The position numbers were made by a program, and so were the translations under genes. This document shows, piece after piece, positions 54,828-63,328 of a DNA stretch of 64,000 nucleotides (position 1 is the stretch's first letter; the number at the start of each line of letters is the position of its first letter). The notes under the pieces were generated by a model. It saw nothing but the letters and a program-made list of their open reading frames with translations. It did no database searches and was not told the DNA's origin. The stretch is from a virus (taxonomy: Duplodnaviria; Heunggongvirae; Uroviricota; Caudoviricetes): positions 512 through 64,511 of IMG/VR virus record IMGVR_UViG_3300043568_002650. One strand, 5' to 3'.

Positions 54828-55036
54828 GCAAACAAAGAGCATTAGGCTTTAAGCAATTGGCCTGCAAACTGTGCGGTGAGATCGTACACAAAGTAGATAT
54901 TAACGCGGATGCAATTACCTGTTCTGACTGTGTACAGAAGGAATTGAATGGCGGATTCTCCATGACGGAGGACCAGTATTGGGAAGCGGTAAGAGCAGGC
55001 AGAGTAGTCTCTTGCAAAAGTGACGAGGAGGAGTAA
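54824..55036 (+). CDS. small zinc-finger protein
   Basis: CKLC...CSDC. Confidence 0.7.
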   Translation: MSKQRALGFKQLACKLCGEIVHKVDINADAITCSDCVQKELNGGFSMTEDQYWEAVRAGRVVSCKSDEEE

Positions 55037-55111
55037 AAATATTTTTGCCAGGATTGTACACTGTCAAGAATTATTGTTACATTTACTATATAACTTAAAA
55101 ACTAAAAGATT

Positions 55112-55831
55112 ATGAGATTCGAAACATCAGAAAATTTGCCGAAGTATTTTAAGACAATTCAAAAAAGCAAACCATTAACAGTTGCTGAAGAGGGTCAATT
55201 AGTATTAGATATCCAGACTGGAGACTCGCAAGCAGTTGCGGCACTGGTGCAGGCAAACTTAAAGTTTGTAGTAAAAGTAGCTAATCGACATATGGGACAA
55301 GGCGTGCCAATTGATGACCTAATCCAGGAAGGGAACATAGGTTTGATAGAGGCTGCTCAAGCGTTCAAGCCGCGTGAAGGACAGAGATTTATTAACTATG
55401 CTCAACTGTGGATCAGGAAACGTATCAACGAGTCAGTCGCTAAGACTGGCCGAATCGTTCGCTTACCTCACAACCAAGAGTACGAGATCTTTAAGTCTAA
55501 AAGAAAAGGAGAAGAGGTTGAGGCGCCAACTCGAGTAAGCATTGACAAGAAGATTGGAGATGAGGGCGAGAACACGCTAGGAGATATTATCCTTAAAACT
55601 GGATCTGAAGTAGAGTTTGCAATGGAGATGGACTCAATCAAGTTCAGAGTAAAGCAGGCTCTTAGTGTTCTTAAAGAACGTGATCGTGGAATTATCATGG
55701 ACTACTTTGGTATTGAGAGAGAGTACGAGGTGCCAACTGACATGATCGCCGAGAAATACTCAATGACTAATGTTCGAGTGTGCCAAATCGTAAAGGCATC
55801 AGTTGAAAAGATGAAATTAACAATTATATAA
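55112..55831 (+). CDS. RNA polymerase sigma70 factor (RpoD/RpoS-like) 2, early
   Basis: ANLKFVVKVANRH, DLIQEGNIGLIEAA..F..RFINYAQLWIR, region 4 HTH. Confidence 0.93.
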   Translation: MRFETSENLPKYFKTIQKSKPLTVAEEGQLVLDIQTGDSQAVAALVQANLKFVVKVANRHMGQGVPIDDLIQEGNIGLIEAAQAFKPREGQRFINYAQLWIRKRINESVAKTGRIVRLPHNQEYEIFKSKRKGEEVEAPTRVSIDKKIGDEGENTLGDIILKTGSEVEFAMEMDSIKFRVKQALSVLKERDRGIIMDYFGIEREYEVPTDMIAEKYSMTNVRVCQIVKASVEKMKLTII

Positions 55832-55847
55832 TTTACTCCGTAGTAAG

Positions 55848-56183
55848 ATGAAGAAGGTAATATTATTCAACGGTGAGGACGAAGTAATCGTAACTCCCGA
55901 AGAGATTAAAGAGATGGGGAAATGTGCACCAAAAGAATTAGTATCCTACTTCCAGGCAACTACGATCTATAGAGACGTGATGAAGGATCTCATCAAGGAC
56001 TTGGGCAAGGCAGTGTTAAGTGTTAACGATGAAGAGTTAACTGATCTACGTATCCGGATGGTAGAGTCAGGATATCAAACTATCGCGGCCGAACTGATTG
56101 AAGTATTTGGTGAAGACACTGCTGCCATGATCATGGCTCAAACATATAACGCTATAAACCTAGAGAAAGATGGAAGCATTTGA
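55848..56183 (+). CDS. hypothetical protein
   Basis: ORF in operon. Confidence 0.7.
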   Translation: MKKVILFNGEDEVIVTPEEIKEMGKCAPKELVSYFQATTIYRDVMKDLIKDLGKAVLSVNDEELTDLRIRMVESGYQTIAAELIEVFGEDTAAMIMAQTYNAINLEKDGSI

Positions 56184-56427
56184 TGATCAAGAATTTATCG
56201 CTAAATTAGAAGAGTTAAAGGAGAAAGATATCGACGGATTCATGGGTCTAGTTCTTCTTTCTCTAAAAACCCATCCCGATGTCGCAGTACAAGCTAATAC
56301 ACCCATTGAGAACAAGGTCACGGCCATGAAGAGGGTACTAAAACATTTCGAAGAGAGGGAGGACTATGAGGACTGTGCCTTTCTTCGAGACCTACAAAAA
56401 AGGATTGAAGATGCAGAGGAGAGATAA
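56170..56427 (+). CDS. UVR-motif protein
   Basis: HFEEREDYEDCAFLRDL. Confidence 0.65.
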   Translation: MEAFDDQEFIAKLEELKEKDIDGFMGLVLLSLKTHPDVAVQANTPIENKVTAMKRVLKHFEEREDYEDCAFLRDLQKRIEDAEER

Positions 56428-56668
56428 GTATCTTGTAATGAGTAATAAAGATTTAGACCTTGATTGGGAGCAAGCGCTGAGAGAGACACTCGGCGTTTGT
56501 CATACAGTAAAGCAAGCATATCAAATCGCTCTTTTTCTTGGAGAGATAAGCAAGCCTGATTCAAGTTATCGTAAAGTACTAGAAACTATTAAAGTAAAGG
56601 GTGCTTATACTATTCACCAAAAGGGAGGAGATCAGGCTGCGACAATCGTACAAATAAAACACTATTAA
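56411..56668 (+). CDS. hypothetical protein
   Basis: ORF in operon; start uncertain. Confidence 0.6.
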   Translation: MQRRDKYLVMSNKDLDLDWEQALRETLGVCHTVKQAYQIALFLGEISKPDSSYRKVLETIKVKGAYTIHQKGGDQAATIVQIKHY

Positions 56669-56669
56669 C

Positions 56670-56864
56670 ATGGCAAAGAAAGAAACACCTGAATTACTAG
56701 CTCAAGAGAAGCTAGAGCGCGTCTCTACTTTTGTAGAGGACCGCAAAGAGATTTATTTACAAGAACACAGAGACGCAAGTACCGATGTCGAGAAATTTAT
56801 TTGGTCGGAAATGATTGGATTACTTGATGAAATCTCGATGATTACCGAAGCCGAGAGTCTCTAG
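56670..56864 (+). CDS. hypothetical protein
   Basis: ORF in operon. Confidence 0.65.
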   Translation: MAKKETPELLAQEKLERVSTFVEDRKEIYLQEHRDASTDVEKFIWSEMIGLLDEISMITEAESL

Positions 56865-56938
56865 CTTTTTATTTCTGCCGGATTGTCATGGTTAGGATTA
56901 ATTGGTTATATTTACTTATAACTTAAAAACTAAAGCAG

Positions 56939-57181
56939 ATGACTAAAGAAGAATTTAAAGCTGGCGTTCTATTTCTACACAACGTAAAGAACGATTATCA
57001 ATTTAATCCTAATGATCCAGGATATTTAGGCTTCCTCAACTGTGGAGAGGATATTACAGACGATCCAGGATTTATGATAGTCGTCGATAATCAGGAAGAG
57101 TTCGAGCCAATCATGGAGGAATTAGGACTTACCACCGAACAAGGCATCCATGCTGAAGAGACAGTATTCACCCTAATCTAA
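56939..57181 (+). CDS. early hypothetical protein
   Basis: ATG after promoter. Confidence 0.7.
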   Translation: MTKEEFKAGVLFLHNVKNDYQFNPNDPGYLGFLNCGEDITDDPGFMIVVDNQEEFEPIMEELGLTTEQGIHAEETVFTLI

Positions 57182-57187
57182 GACGAC

Positions 57188-57343
57188 ATGGACTTTTACA
57201 AATGTAAACAATCAGGAGACATATTCACTGAGAACGAGATGTTAGACGAAGTAGATGAGGATGATAACTTAGATTCTTTCTACCACATCGGAGATTTTAA
57301 GACACAGGAAGAAGCAGAACAATTTCTAAAAACACTAAGATGA
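57188..57343 (+). CDS. early small acidic protein (51 aa)
   Basis: fills operon gap; stop overlaps next ATG. Confidence 0.6.
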   Translation: MDFYKCKQSGDIFTENEMLDEVDEDDNLDSFYHIGDFKTQEEAEQFLKTLR

Positions 57344-57609
57344 CACAAGAACAAGCGCAAGTAGTAGCACAAATCCTAGAGAGATTTGATTTTGAGAAAG
57401 TACTCAAGCACATGCAATCAGTAGATTGGAAGTGGTTCGATGAGGTGCCTGATATGGATGATATTAAAGGTACTGCCACTCGTCTCCTAGTCGAAGCTCA
57501 AATGGATCCGCAAGAGGTGGTATCAATGGGAACAGGAGGATTCAGAGTTTACAAACTTCCTTGGGGAATCGAACTTATCTTCTCAATCGAAAGAGGAGGA
57601 AGCTTCTAG
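57340..57609 (+). CDS. early hypothetical protein
   Basis: FDFEKVLKHMQSVDWKW...GTGGF. Confidence 0.7.
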   Translation: MTQEQAQVVAQILERFDFEKVLKHMQSVDWKWFDEVPDMDDIKGTATRLLVEAQMDPQEVVSMGTGGFRVYKLPWGIELIFSIERGGSF

Positions 57610-57711
57610 TCTGGCAGCGGGCCGAGTCTCTTGACTTTTGTTCGAGCCCGATTGTCAAGATTAAAAGGAAATTATTATATTTACTTAAGTCAAATCACTA
57701 AAAATAAAATT

Positions 57712-58092
57712 ATGGCAACTAGAAGCAGAATTGGAGTAGAATTAAAAGGAGGCAAAGTTATTTCAGTGTATTGTCACCACGATGGATACATTACCGGAGT
57801 CGGTTTAGATCTCATAAAGAAGTTCCCACTCATGACCGATCCAAAAATCGTAGAGGCCTTTATCAGGGAGGGCGATCGTTCATCAATCGACCTGTCTTAT
57901 AAAGAATGGAGAGACGAGAAGTGTCCGCCACAAAAACGTGCATCAGTACCACTATTTTTCAATGGAGATATTGAGGCGTATGGATACCTTTACACGGCAG
58001 AGGGAGAATGGTTGGTAAAGAAGGCGGGTTCACAAGTAGAACCGGACCCTGTCCCACTAGATTATGTATTAACTGGAATCATAAACCTGTAA
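57712..58092 (+). CDS. early hypothetical protein
   Basis: MATRSRIG...SVYCHHDGY. Confidence 0.75.
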   Translation: MATRSRIGVELKGGKVISVYCHHDGYITGVGLDLIKKFPLMTDPKIVEAFIREGDRSSIDLSYKEWRDEKCPPQKRASVPLFFNGDIEAYGYLYTAEGEWLVKKAGSQVEPDPVPLDYVLTGIINL

Positions 58093-58095
58093 GCT

Positions 58096-58281
58096 ATGTG
58101 GTATGAAATCAATGTAAGTAAAGATGGGAAGCACTACTTTGCCACCGATGAGAGATCAATCAGTACAATTGATAAGGCGACTGAAATTAGAGACCGACTT
58201 AGACTGGCCATGCCAGAAGACGAAGGATTTATGTATACAATTACACAGTGGCAAACATCCGGTGTACAGTTAGAGAATTAG
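58096..58281 (+). CDS. early hypothetical protein
   Basis: YEINVSKDGKHYFAT. Confidence 0.7.
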   Translation: MWYEINVSKDGKHYFATDERSISTIDKATEIRDRLRLAMPEDEGFMYTITQWQTSGVQLEN

Positions 58282-58464
58282 ACCAAGGTTCCTGCATTTC
58301 CTGGTCGGGTCAGCTTCTTAAGGGGCTGGCCTTTTTTGGGTCCACTCCGTAGTAAAGTTTCTAATTCCTACAGCACAGCGTCTCTAGCTTTTTTATTCTG
58401 CAGGATTGTCATGGTTAGGATTAATTGGTTATATTTACTATATAAACTAATAAACACGATACCG

Positions 58465-58902
58465 ATGAAATTAAAAATCTGTAATAATCTTCACCTCATC
58501 GATGGAAAGATCATAAGCTATTCAACTACGGTAGGTCGAGTGACTCCAACTGGAATAAAAGTAAATGGTAAATATAGCAGGTCTACCACTAAGCATGTTG
58601 AGAAAATCGCTGGAATATTAGGTATTCCAATAGAGTATATTAGCAAGGAAAACCAATGGTTTGATTGGTACGAACTTGGAGCTAACGTCGAATACGATGG
58701 AGCGATTAGTCAAAAATCAACACTAGTTATCTTATCAAAAATACGAGAGACTGGTTGCAGTCTAGTCAATGCGGCAGTACTTGCCTTATCTGAAATAAAA
58801 GGAAAGGACCAGCTTAACTGTATAAACCAACTACTTAAAAAAGGAGTTGATCGTCAGAGAATAGATGACATTCTTACGCTAAGCCAACTTGGATTAATAT
58901 GA
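58465..58902 (+). CDS. early hypothetical protein
   Basis: ATG after promoter; KYSRSTTKH. Confidence 0.7.
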   Translation: MKLKICNNLHLIDGKIISYSTTVGRVTPTGIKVNGKYSRSTTKHVEKIAGILGIPIEYISKENQWFDWYELGANVEYDGAISQKSTLVILSKIRETGCSLVNAAVLALSEIKGKDQLNCINQLLKKGVDRQRIDDILTLSQLGLI

Positions 58903-59000
58903 TCGTTCAGGCACCAGTGTCTCTTGACTTTCTTCACCATATAATTGTCAAGGTTAAAAGATAATGGTTATATTTACTCTATAACTAATATAAAAAGCAG

Positions 59001-59432
59001 ATGAAAAAGAAACTAATTATTTTTAGATTTGGCTCAGCGATGCCGACCCAAAAAGAGCATGCGATTATTAGCAAAATCACAGGCGGTACCGGCGAGGCAG
59101 TCGGGTGCTCAACTACGTTTGGTGTATTGTCAATCGTCAACACGAGCATGGCACCCGCTGAGGTGACCGGATTATTTAATCGAGTGGCTACCGAAACTGA
59201 TGATGCCTTACCGACCATCGTCTTTGAAGCGGATGGGCCAGTGGGCTTCAACTTTCACCCAGAATTCTTTGAGCACTTCGCACAGCTTAACCAGGCATTC
59301 GATGAAGAGTACGGCACGCCGATCAATCGATGTGTACTAAGCTTAGACGAGTTACTCGACTTGGTGAAGTCAAAGGGTCTCGACAATTTCACTGAAGTAG
59401 AACTGACAAGACTAAAAGAATTGTCAAGATAG
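59001..59432 (+). CDS. early hypothetical protein
   Basis: ATG after promoter. Confidence 0.7.
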   Translation: MKKKLIIFRFGSAMPTQKEHAIISKITGGTGEAVGCSTTFGVLSIVNTSMAPAEVTGLFNRVATETDDALPTIVFEADGPVGFNFHPEFFEHFAQLNQAFDEEYGTPINRCVLSLDELLDLVKSKGLDNFTEVELTRLKELSR

Positions 59433-59493
59433 TTTTAATAGTTCTTCAGTTTTTAGTATTATAATCTAGTCAAACCAATAAAATATAAGCAGT

Positions 59494-60642
59494 ATGATCG
59501 AAATCAAAGGAGGTAGAAAAGAACAGGTAGTTCGACAGTGGTTTAACGACACCCATGATGGGATCGTACCACGAGCAAAGGTATTAGATATGTTCAACGA
59601 GTTTGAGCTAGTACCTAAAGACGAGGATATCTCGTACGGGCTCTTCAATGGAGTAATTAAAAAGATACAGGCAGAGGGCCATGGCGCGAGCTCAGCCCAG
59701 GCTCAAGAGTCAAGTGGCCCTCGCCTAATTCACTCCGTAGTAGACTGTGAGCCTAATATTATTAACGTGGAGGACATGGAGTTTCCAAGCTTTGGACTCT
59801 TTCCTACTGGCAAGAAGATCGACGATCTCTTCTCAGACCATGAAGCGGGTGGTGGACTCTACGGCGGCACTGTGAATATCGTAATTGGAGAGTCAGGTGT
59901 CGGCAAGAGTACCGTGATGCTGGACCTCTTAGCCTCTATTGTGGACCAGAATCCAGAAGCTAAGATACTCTATATCTCCAGCGAGATGACTCGTAACGAT
60001 ATCATGTTCTACTATAGAAAGACACCTGCTATTGGCAAGGTGCCTACCCTACTCCTAATGGACTATGTTAAGAACGGTCAATTGGCCCAAGTCTTGGAGA
60101 AGAGTTTCAATGGGGAGCACGACGTTATCTTATTAGACTCTTATCAAGATGTCTTGGTAAAATTGAAGGAGGTACATGGTTGGAAGTCAACTAAAGCAGA
60201 AAGCTGGTTAACTAACATGATGATTGATGCTGCAGAGAAATGTGGTAATGCCGTCTTGGCAATTCAGCACATGACTAAAGGTGGTCAGTATGTTGGTTCT
60301 ACTTATCTTAAGCATGCCACTACCGCGATGTTAGAGATACGTTTCGACTTGACAGGTCAGCGTTATATCGAGTTCTCAAAGAACAGACGAGGCGGTAGCG
60401 GTACTGGTAAGAGACTCTACTACAAGCTTGACGAGACCGGTGCAGTAGTATACGATACCGCTCGCTTTACTGAGACAGAGGAGATGCGTAACTTTGAGAA
60501 CGTGGAAACCCTACGCCAACAGGACTTGACAGCCCAGTTCGAGAATATCTTTCTAGGCGGTAATCGACACCTAGACGAGGACTCCGTAGAAGAGGAGTCG
60601 GGCGAAGTCAAATCGTCAGAGTTCTGGCCAGTTGAAGAATAA
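59494..60642 (+). CDS. RadA/Sms-like RecA-family ATPase
   Basis: Walker A GESGVGKST, LYISSEM, Walker B LLDSYQ, HMTKGG..GSTYLKH. Confidence 0.85.
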   Translation: MIEIKGGRKEQVVRQWFNDTHDGIVPRAKVLDMFNEFELVPKDEDISYGLFNGVIKKIQAEGHGASSAQAQESSGPRLIHSVVDCEPNIINVEDMEFPSFGLFPTGKKIDDLFSDHEAGGGLYGGTVNIVIGESGVGKSTVMLDLLASIVDQNPEAKILYISSEMTRNDIMFYYRKTPAIGKVPTLLLMDYVKNGQLAQVLEKSFNGEHDVILLDSYQDVLVKLKEVHGWKSTKAESWLTNMMIDAAEKCGNAVLAIQHMTKGGQYVGSTYLKHATTAMLEIRFDLTGQRYIEFSKNRRGGSGTGKRLYYKLDETGAVVYDTARFTETEEMRNFENVETLRQQDLTAQFENIFLGGNRHLDEDSVEEESGEVKSSEFWPVEE

Positions 60643-60741
60643 AATATTACTGGGGAGTTGAAATATTACTCCCCAAATTTTAAAGCTTAGTGCATAAATA
60701 GTATTATAGTATTAGTCAAAACAACTTAAAAAATTTTAACC

Positions 60742-61917
60742 ATGAGAGAAGTATCAAATCAACAGTTCGACCTAATTCGAGAAACAATGACCGCTAACGA
60801 GCATGCTACAAAGCAGGTTCCAATCACGGCAATCAAACTTACCGAGCACTCGTTTGCTAGAAATCAAATCGAGATCGGTGGTCAACCAGTAAAGGTATCC
60901 AATGGATTCTTCTTACGAATGGCAAGTATGCTAAAGATGAATGCATCCTTGACCCGAGAGTTTATCAAGAACGACAATTCAAAAGTTGCTGCGGCAATGA
61001 TGAATGCTCTAAACGAGTATCGCCGTTCACAAGGAGGTAAGGACGTCCTAGTCATCGCCAACCCTGAGACCAGAGAGGTGATTGATATCTGTGACCCTAA
61101 ACGTTACAGACGCTTGACTAACGAGTCCTTATTCGACATGACCTCAAAAATCATGAATGAACACCCGTCCCTAATTATAGAGACAGTAGACCACAGTCCA
61201 AGTGGAGGTAATACTTCTATCAACTTCTTGAATTCAGAGGAGGTAGGATTTCCAGGAGCAGGCAATGACGAGTTCTTTAAGTTCGGCTTCTCCATCACAC
61301 AGACTTCTAAAGACACTATCGTCGAGACCTACAATACTCGATTGGTATGTTCCAATGGAATGCGTGTAAGCTTTGGAAGTGGTTCAATCGGTGGTAATCG
61401 TGACATACACTTCGAGGAGAGATTTAAACTAGGAGGAACGGAAGCTGATGATATTAGAACCTTCCTTAACCGAGTGGATGCCATGAAGAAGGCTGGCTTT
61501 GTACCTGGAGGATTCCAACACGCTATCCAATCTGCAGTCGGCACTAAGGCAAGTCTAGCCGAGGTCGAGAACGCAATGATGTTGGCTCAACGTAAAGTTA
61601 GAGAGGACGATCCTCAATTCAAGAAAGGATTTATTGATGCAATCGAACGTAACTACTTCGGCGGTCACCAAGATACCTTAGCACGTATTATGCAAAAGGG
61701 ACAAGACCCATACAAATTGAACGACAAGCAGAAAGGATTTATCAAGACAGGCATGTCAGTATGGGACGTAATCAACTCGCTTACCTACTTAGGTTCAAAT
61801 AACTCAGGCATTGAGTTGGCTGACAAGTACGAGTTGAAAGCACAGGCAGGAGACTTATTCGCCAAAGGATCGAACTCAGGTTTTGACCTACAATTCGCTC
61901 AGTACGCGCAATTATAA
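60742..61917 (+). CDS. DUF932-like protein
   Basis: TYNTRLVCSNG motif; 391 aa. Confidence 0.7.
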   Translation: MREVSNQQFDLIRETMTANEHATKQVPITAIKLTEHSFARNQIEIGGQPVKVSNGFFLRMASMLKMNASLTREFIKNDNSKVAAAMMNALNEYRRSQGGKDVLVIANPETREVIDICDPKRYRRLTNESLFDMTSKIMNEHPSLIIETVDHSPSGGNTSINFLNSEEVGFPGAGNDEFFKFGFSITQTSKDTIVETYNTRLVCSNGMRVSFGSGSIGGNRDIHFEERFKLGGTEADDIRTFLNRVDAMKKAGFVPGGFQHAIQSAVGTKASLAEVENAMMLAQRKVREDDPQFKKGFIDAIERNYFGGHQDTLARIMQKGQDPYKLNDKQKGFIKTGMSVWDVINSLTYLGSNNSGIELADKYELKAQAGDLFAKGSNSGFDLQFAQYAQL

Positions 61918-61935
61918 GTTGGTTTGACGACGGGA

Positions 61936-61960
61936 AAGGGAGCTTCGGCTCCCTTTTTTT
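61936..61960 (+). terminator. intrinsic terminator
   Basis: AAAGGGAGC-TTCG-GCTCCCTTT followed by U tract. Confidence 0.85.
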
Positions 61961-62225
61961 GTGCCTAATATTTTACTCCGTAGTCCGGGTCTCTGCTATC
62001 GCGCGTCGTAACACGCCCGCCCGTACACGGGAGCAGGCCCGGGTCTCTGGTTTTCCCTGCCCGCCGGGGCTCATGACAGCCTAGTCTACCATGGAGCTCG
62101 AGGCCCAATCTAAGGAGGCACAGTTTCCCTTGGCGAGGCTTTGTCACATGACCGGTAAGTTTCTATATAGACGAGAAGAGGGTCCCTTAGAGAGAGCCTG
62201 TTAGACTGATGTCATGAAGTAACTA

Positions 62226-62600
62226 TTAGAAGCCTTTGAATAGACGGTGATGTATGAGTCTATCCATACCTCCTTCACGTAGAGACTGGAGATCCTGTAA
62301 ATTAATTAGGATTACCTGGGCAGGAGAGCTACCACCGCCATCGTCAGTATCGTCCATGATCCAGACAGCATTTACCCCAGGCAGGAGCTCATGCACGCTA
62401 CTCTCTACCTCGCCACTCTTAGTCAGCGGTAAGATATTATTAAAGGTAGTAAGCATCCCATCAAGCTCGGCCCAGATAGGATCCTTCTCGGTGACGGTCA
62501 CGATTGGAGACTCTATCCGCTTTAAGATCGCGGCACGTTGCCAGTCATAGAGTATCTCGTCTATCTCTTCGGGCAGGTTAGGTATAGTATAGTGCTTCAT
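62226..62600 (-). CDS. hypothetical protein
   Basis: 124 aa; C-terminal LFKGF resembles its neighbours. Confidence 0.65.
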   Translation of the reverse strand: MKHYTIPNLPEEIDEILYDWQRAAILKRIESPIVTVTEKDPIWAELDGMLTTFNNILPLTKSGEVESSVHELLPGVNAVWIMDDTDDGGGSSPAQVILINLQDLQSLREGGMDRLIHHRLFKGF

Positions 62601-62603
62601 AAG

Positions 62604-62963
62604 TTAAAAATCTTTAAATAGGTAGGTTATCGCCGAATTCCCATTAAAGTCCCGAACAGCAAGTAAATAGCGTGGGGTCGTCTTAACGTAGGCGGGGATA
62701 TACGTTTCGCCGAAATTGAAGCAGTACATATTGTTGAGGTCATATTCAGTACTACTCCAATAGGATGCAAGTTGCCATTTGCTGGCTCTAACATTAGGAA
62801 TCTTTGAGACATTCGGCAGGAGGATCCTTTTAAATTCATCAAGTGTCGGTGCCCTCCAATTTGGACCTAGTGCAGCCATAGCATCTAGCGCTTCTCCCCA
62901 AGTCATCTTGCCAAAATCCTCTGGCCAAACCTGTAAATCCTCTATTATTATCACGTCTTCCAT
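62604..62963 (-). CDS. DUF1566 (C-lectin-fold) protein B
   Basis: MTWGEA..WRAPTLDEF..YWSSTE..AVR. Confidence 0.85.
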   Translation of the reverse strand: MEDVIIIEDLQVWPEDFGKMTWGEALDAMAALGPNWRAPTLDEFKRILLPNVSKIPNVRASKWQLASYWSSTEYDLNNMYCFNFGETYIPAYVKTTPRYLLAVRDFNGNSAITYLFKDF

Positions 62964-62966
62964 AAG

Positions 62967-63317
62967 TTAAAAGTTTTTTAGTAATAAGCCAATCGCAATC
63001 TCTCCAGTAATGTCCCGAACCGCACGCACATAAGATGTGGTGAGCTTAAAGTAGTCGTGAGCATTCCCATTGTAGACGTTGAAGAACCACGCGATGTTGG
63101 CGTCACGCTCTGTACTACTCCAATAGTAGGCGAAGGATATAGTTTTTCCAAACAGTTTCTCCCTATTTGGATAGAGTACCTCCCTAAATTCTTCAATGGT
63201 CGGCAGGCGCCAACCTGGACCTAGCTTAGCTACTTCAGCTGTAGCTTCGTCCCAAGTCATCTTACCAAGATCCTCGGGCCAAATTTCTAACTCCTCTATT
63301 ATTAGCGCGTCTCTCAT
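62967..63317 (-). CDS. DUF1566 (C-lectin-fold) protein A
   Basis: MTWDEA..GWRLPTIEEF..YWSSTE..AW.FN..G....YVRAVR. Confidence 0.88.
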   Translation of the reverse strand: MRDALIIEELEIWPEDLGKMTWDEATAEVAKLGPGWRLPTIEEFREVLYPNREKLFGKTISFAYYWSSTERDANIAWFFNVYNGNAHDYFKLTTSYVRAVRDITGEIAIGLLLKNF

Positions 63318-63328
63318 AAAGATATTTA

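Larger units (their letters stand above)
40830..58985 (+). repeat. about 28 dispersed early promoter modules: GTCTC...TTG-N~21-TATATTTAC-(T)TATAACTTAAAAAC-ATG
   Basis: TATATTTA at 40865, 40981, 41290, 41824, 43037, 43400, 44199, 45106, 45980, 46354, 46830, 47589, 48159, 48737, 49622, 49739, 50437, 50993, 51345, 51767, 52501, 53165, 54084, 55078 (TACATTTA), 56908, 57677, 58430, 58969 (approximate). Confidence 0.85.

Noticed and set aside
40860-58464. Long N-terminal extensions such as IIVIFTYNLK and LYLLYNL in early ORFs
   Set aside because: These are translations of the promoter motif; the true ATGs lie just after AACTTAAAAAC.
40830-58985. CRISPR array
   Set aside because: The repeats are degenerate, irregularly spaced (0.1-2 kb) and separated by genes; they are promoter modules.
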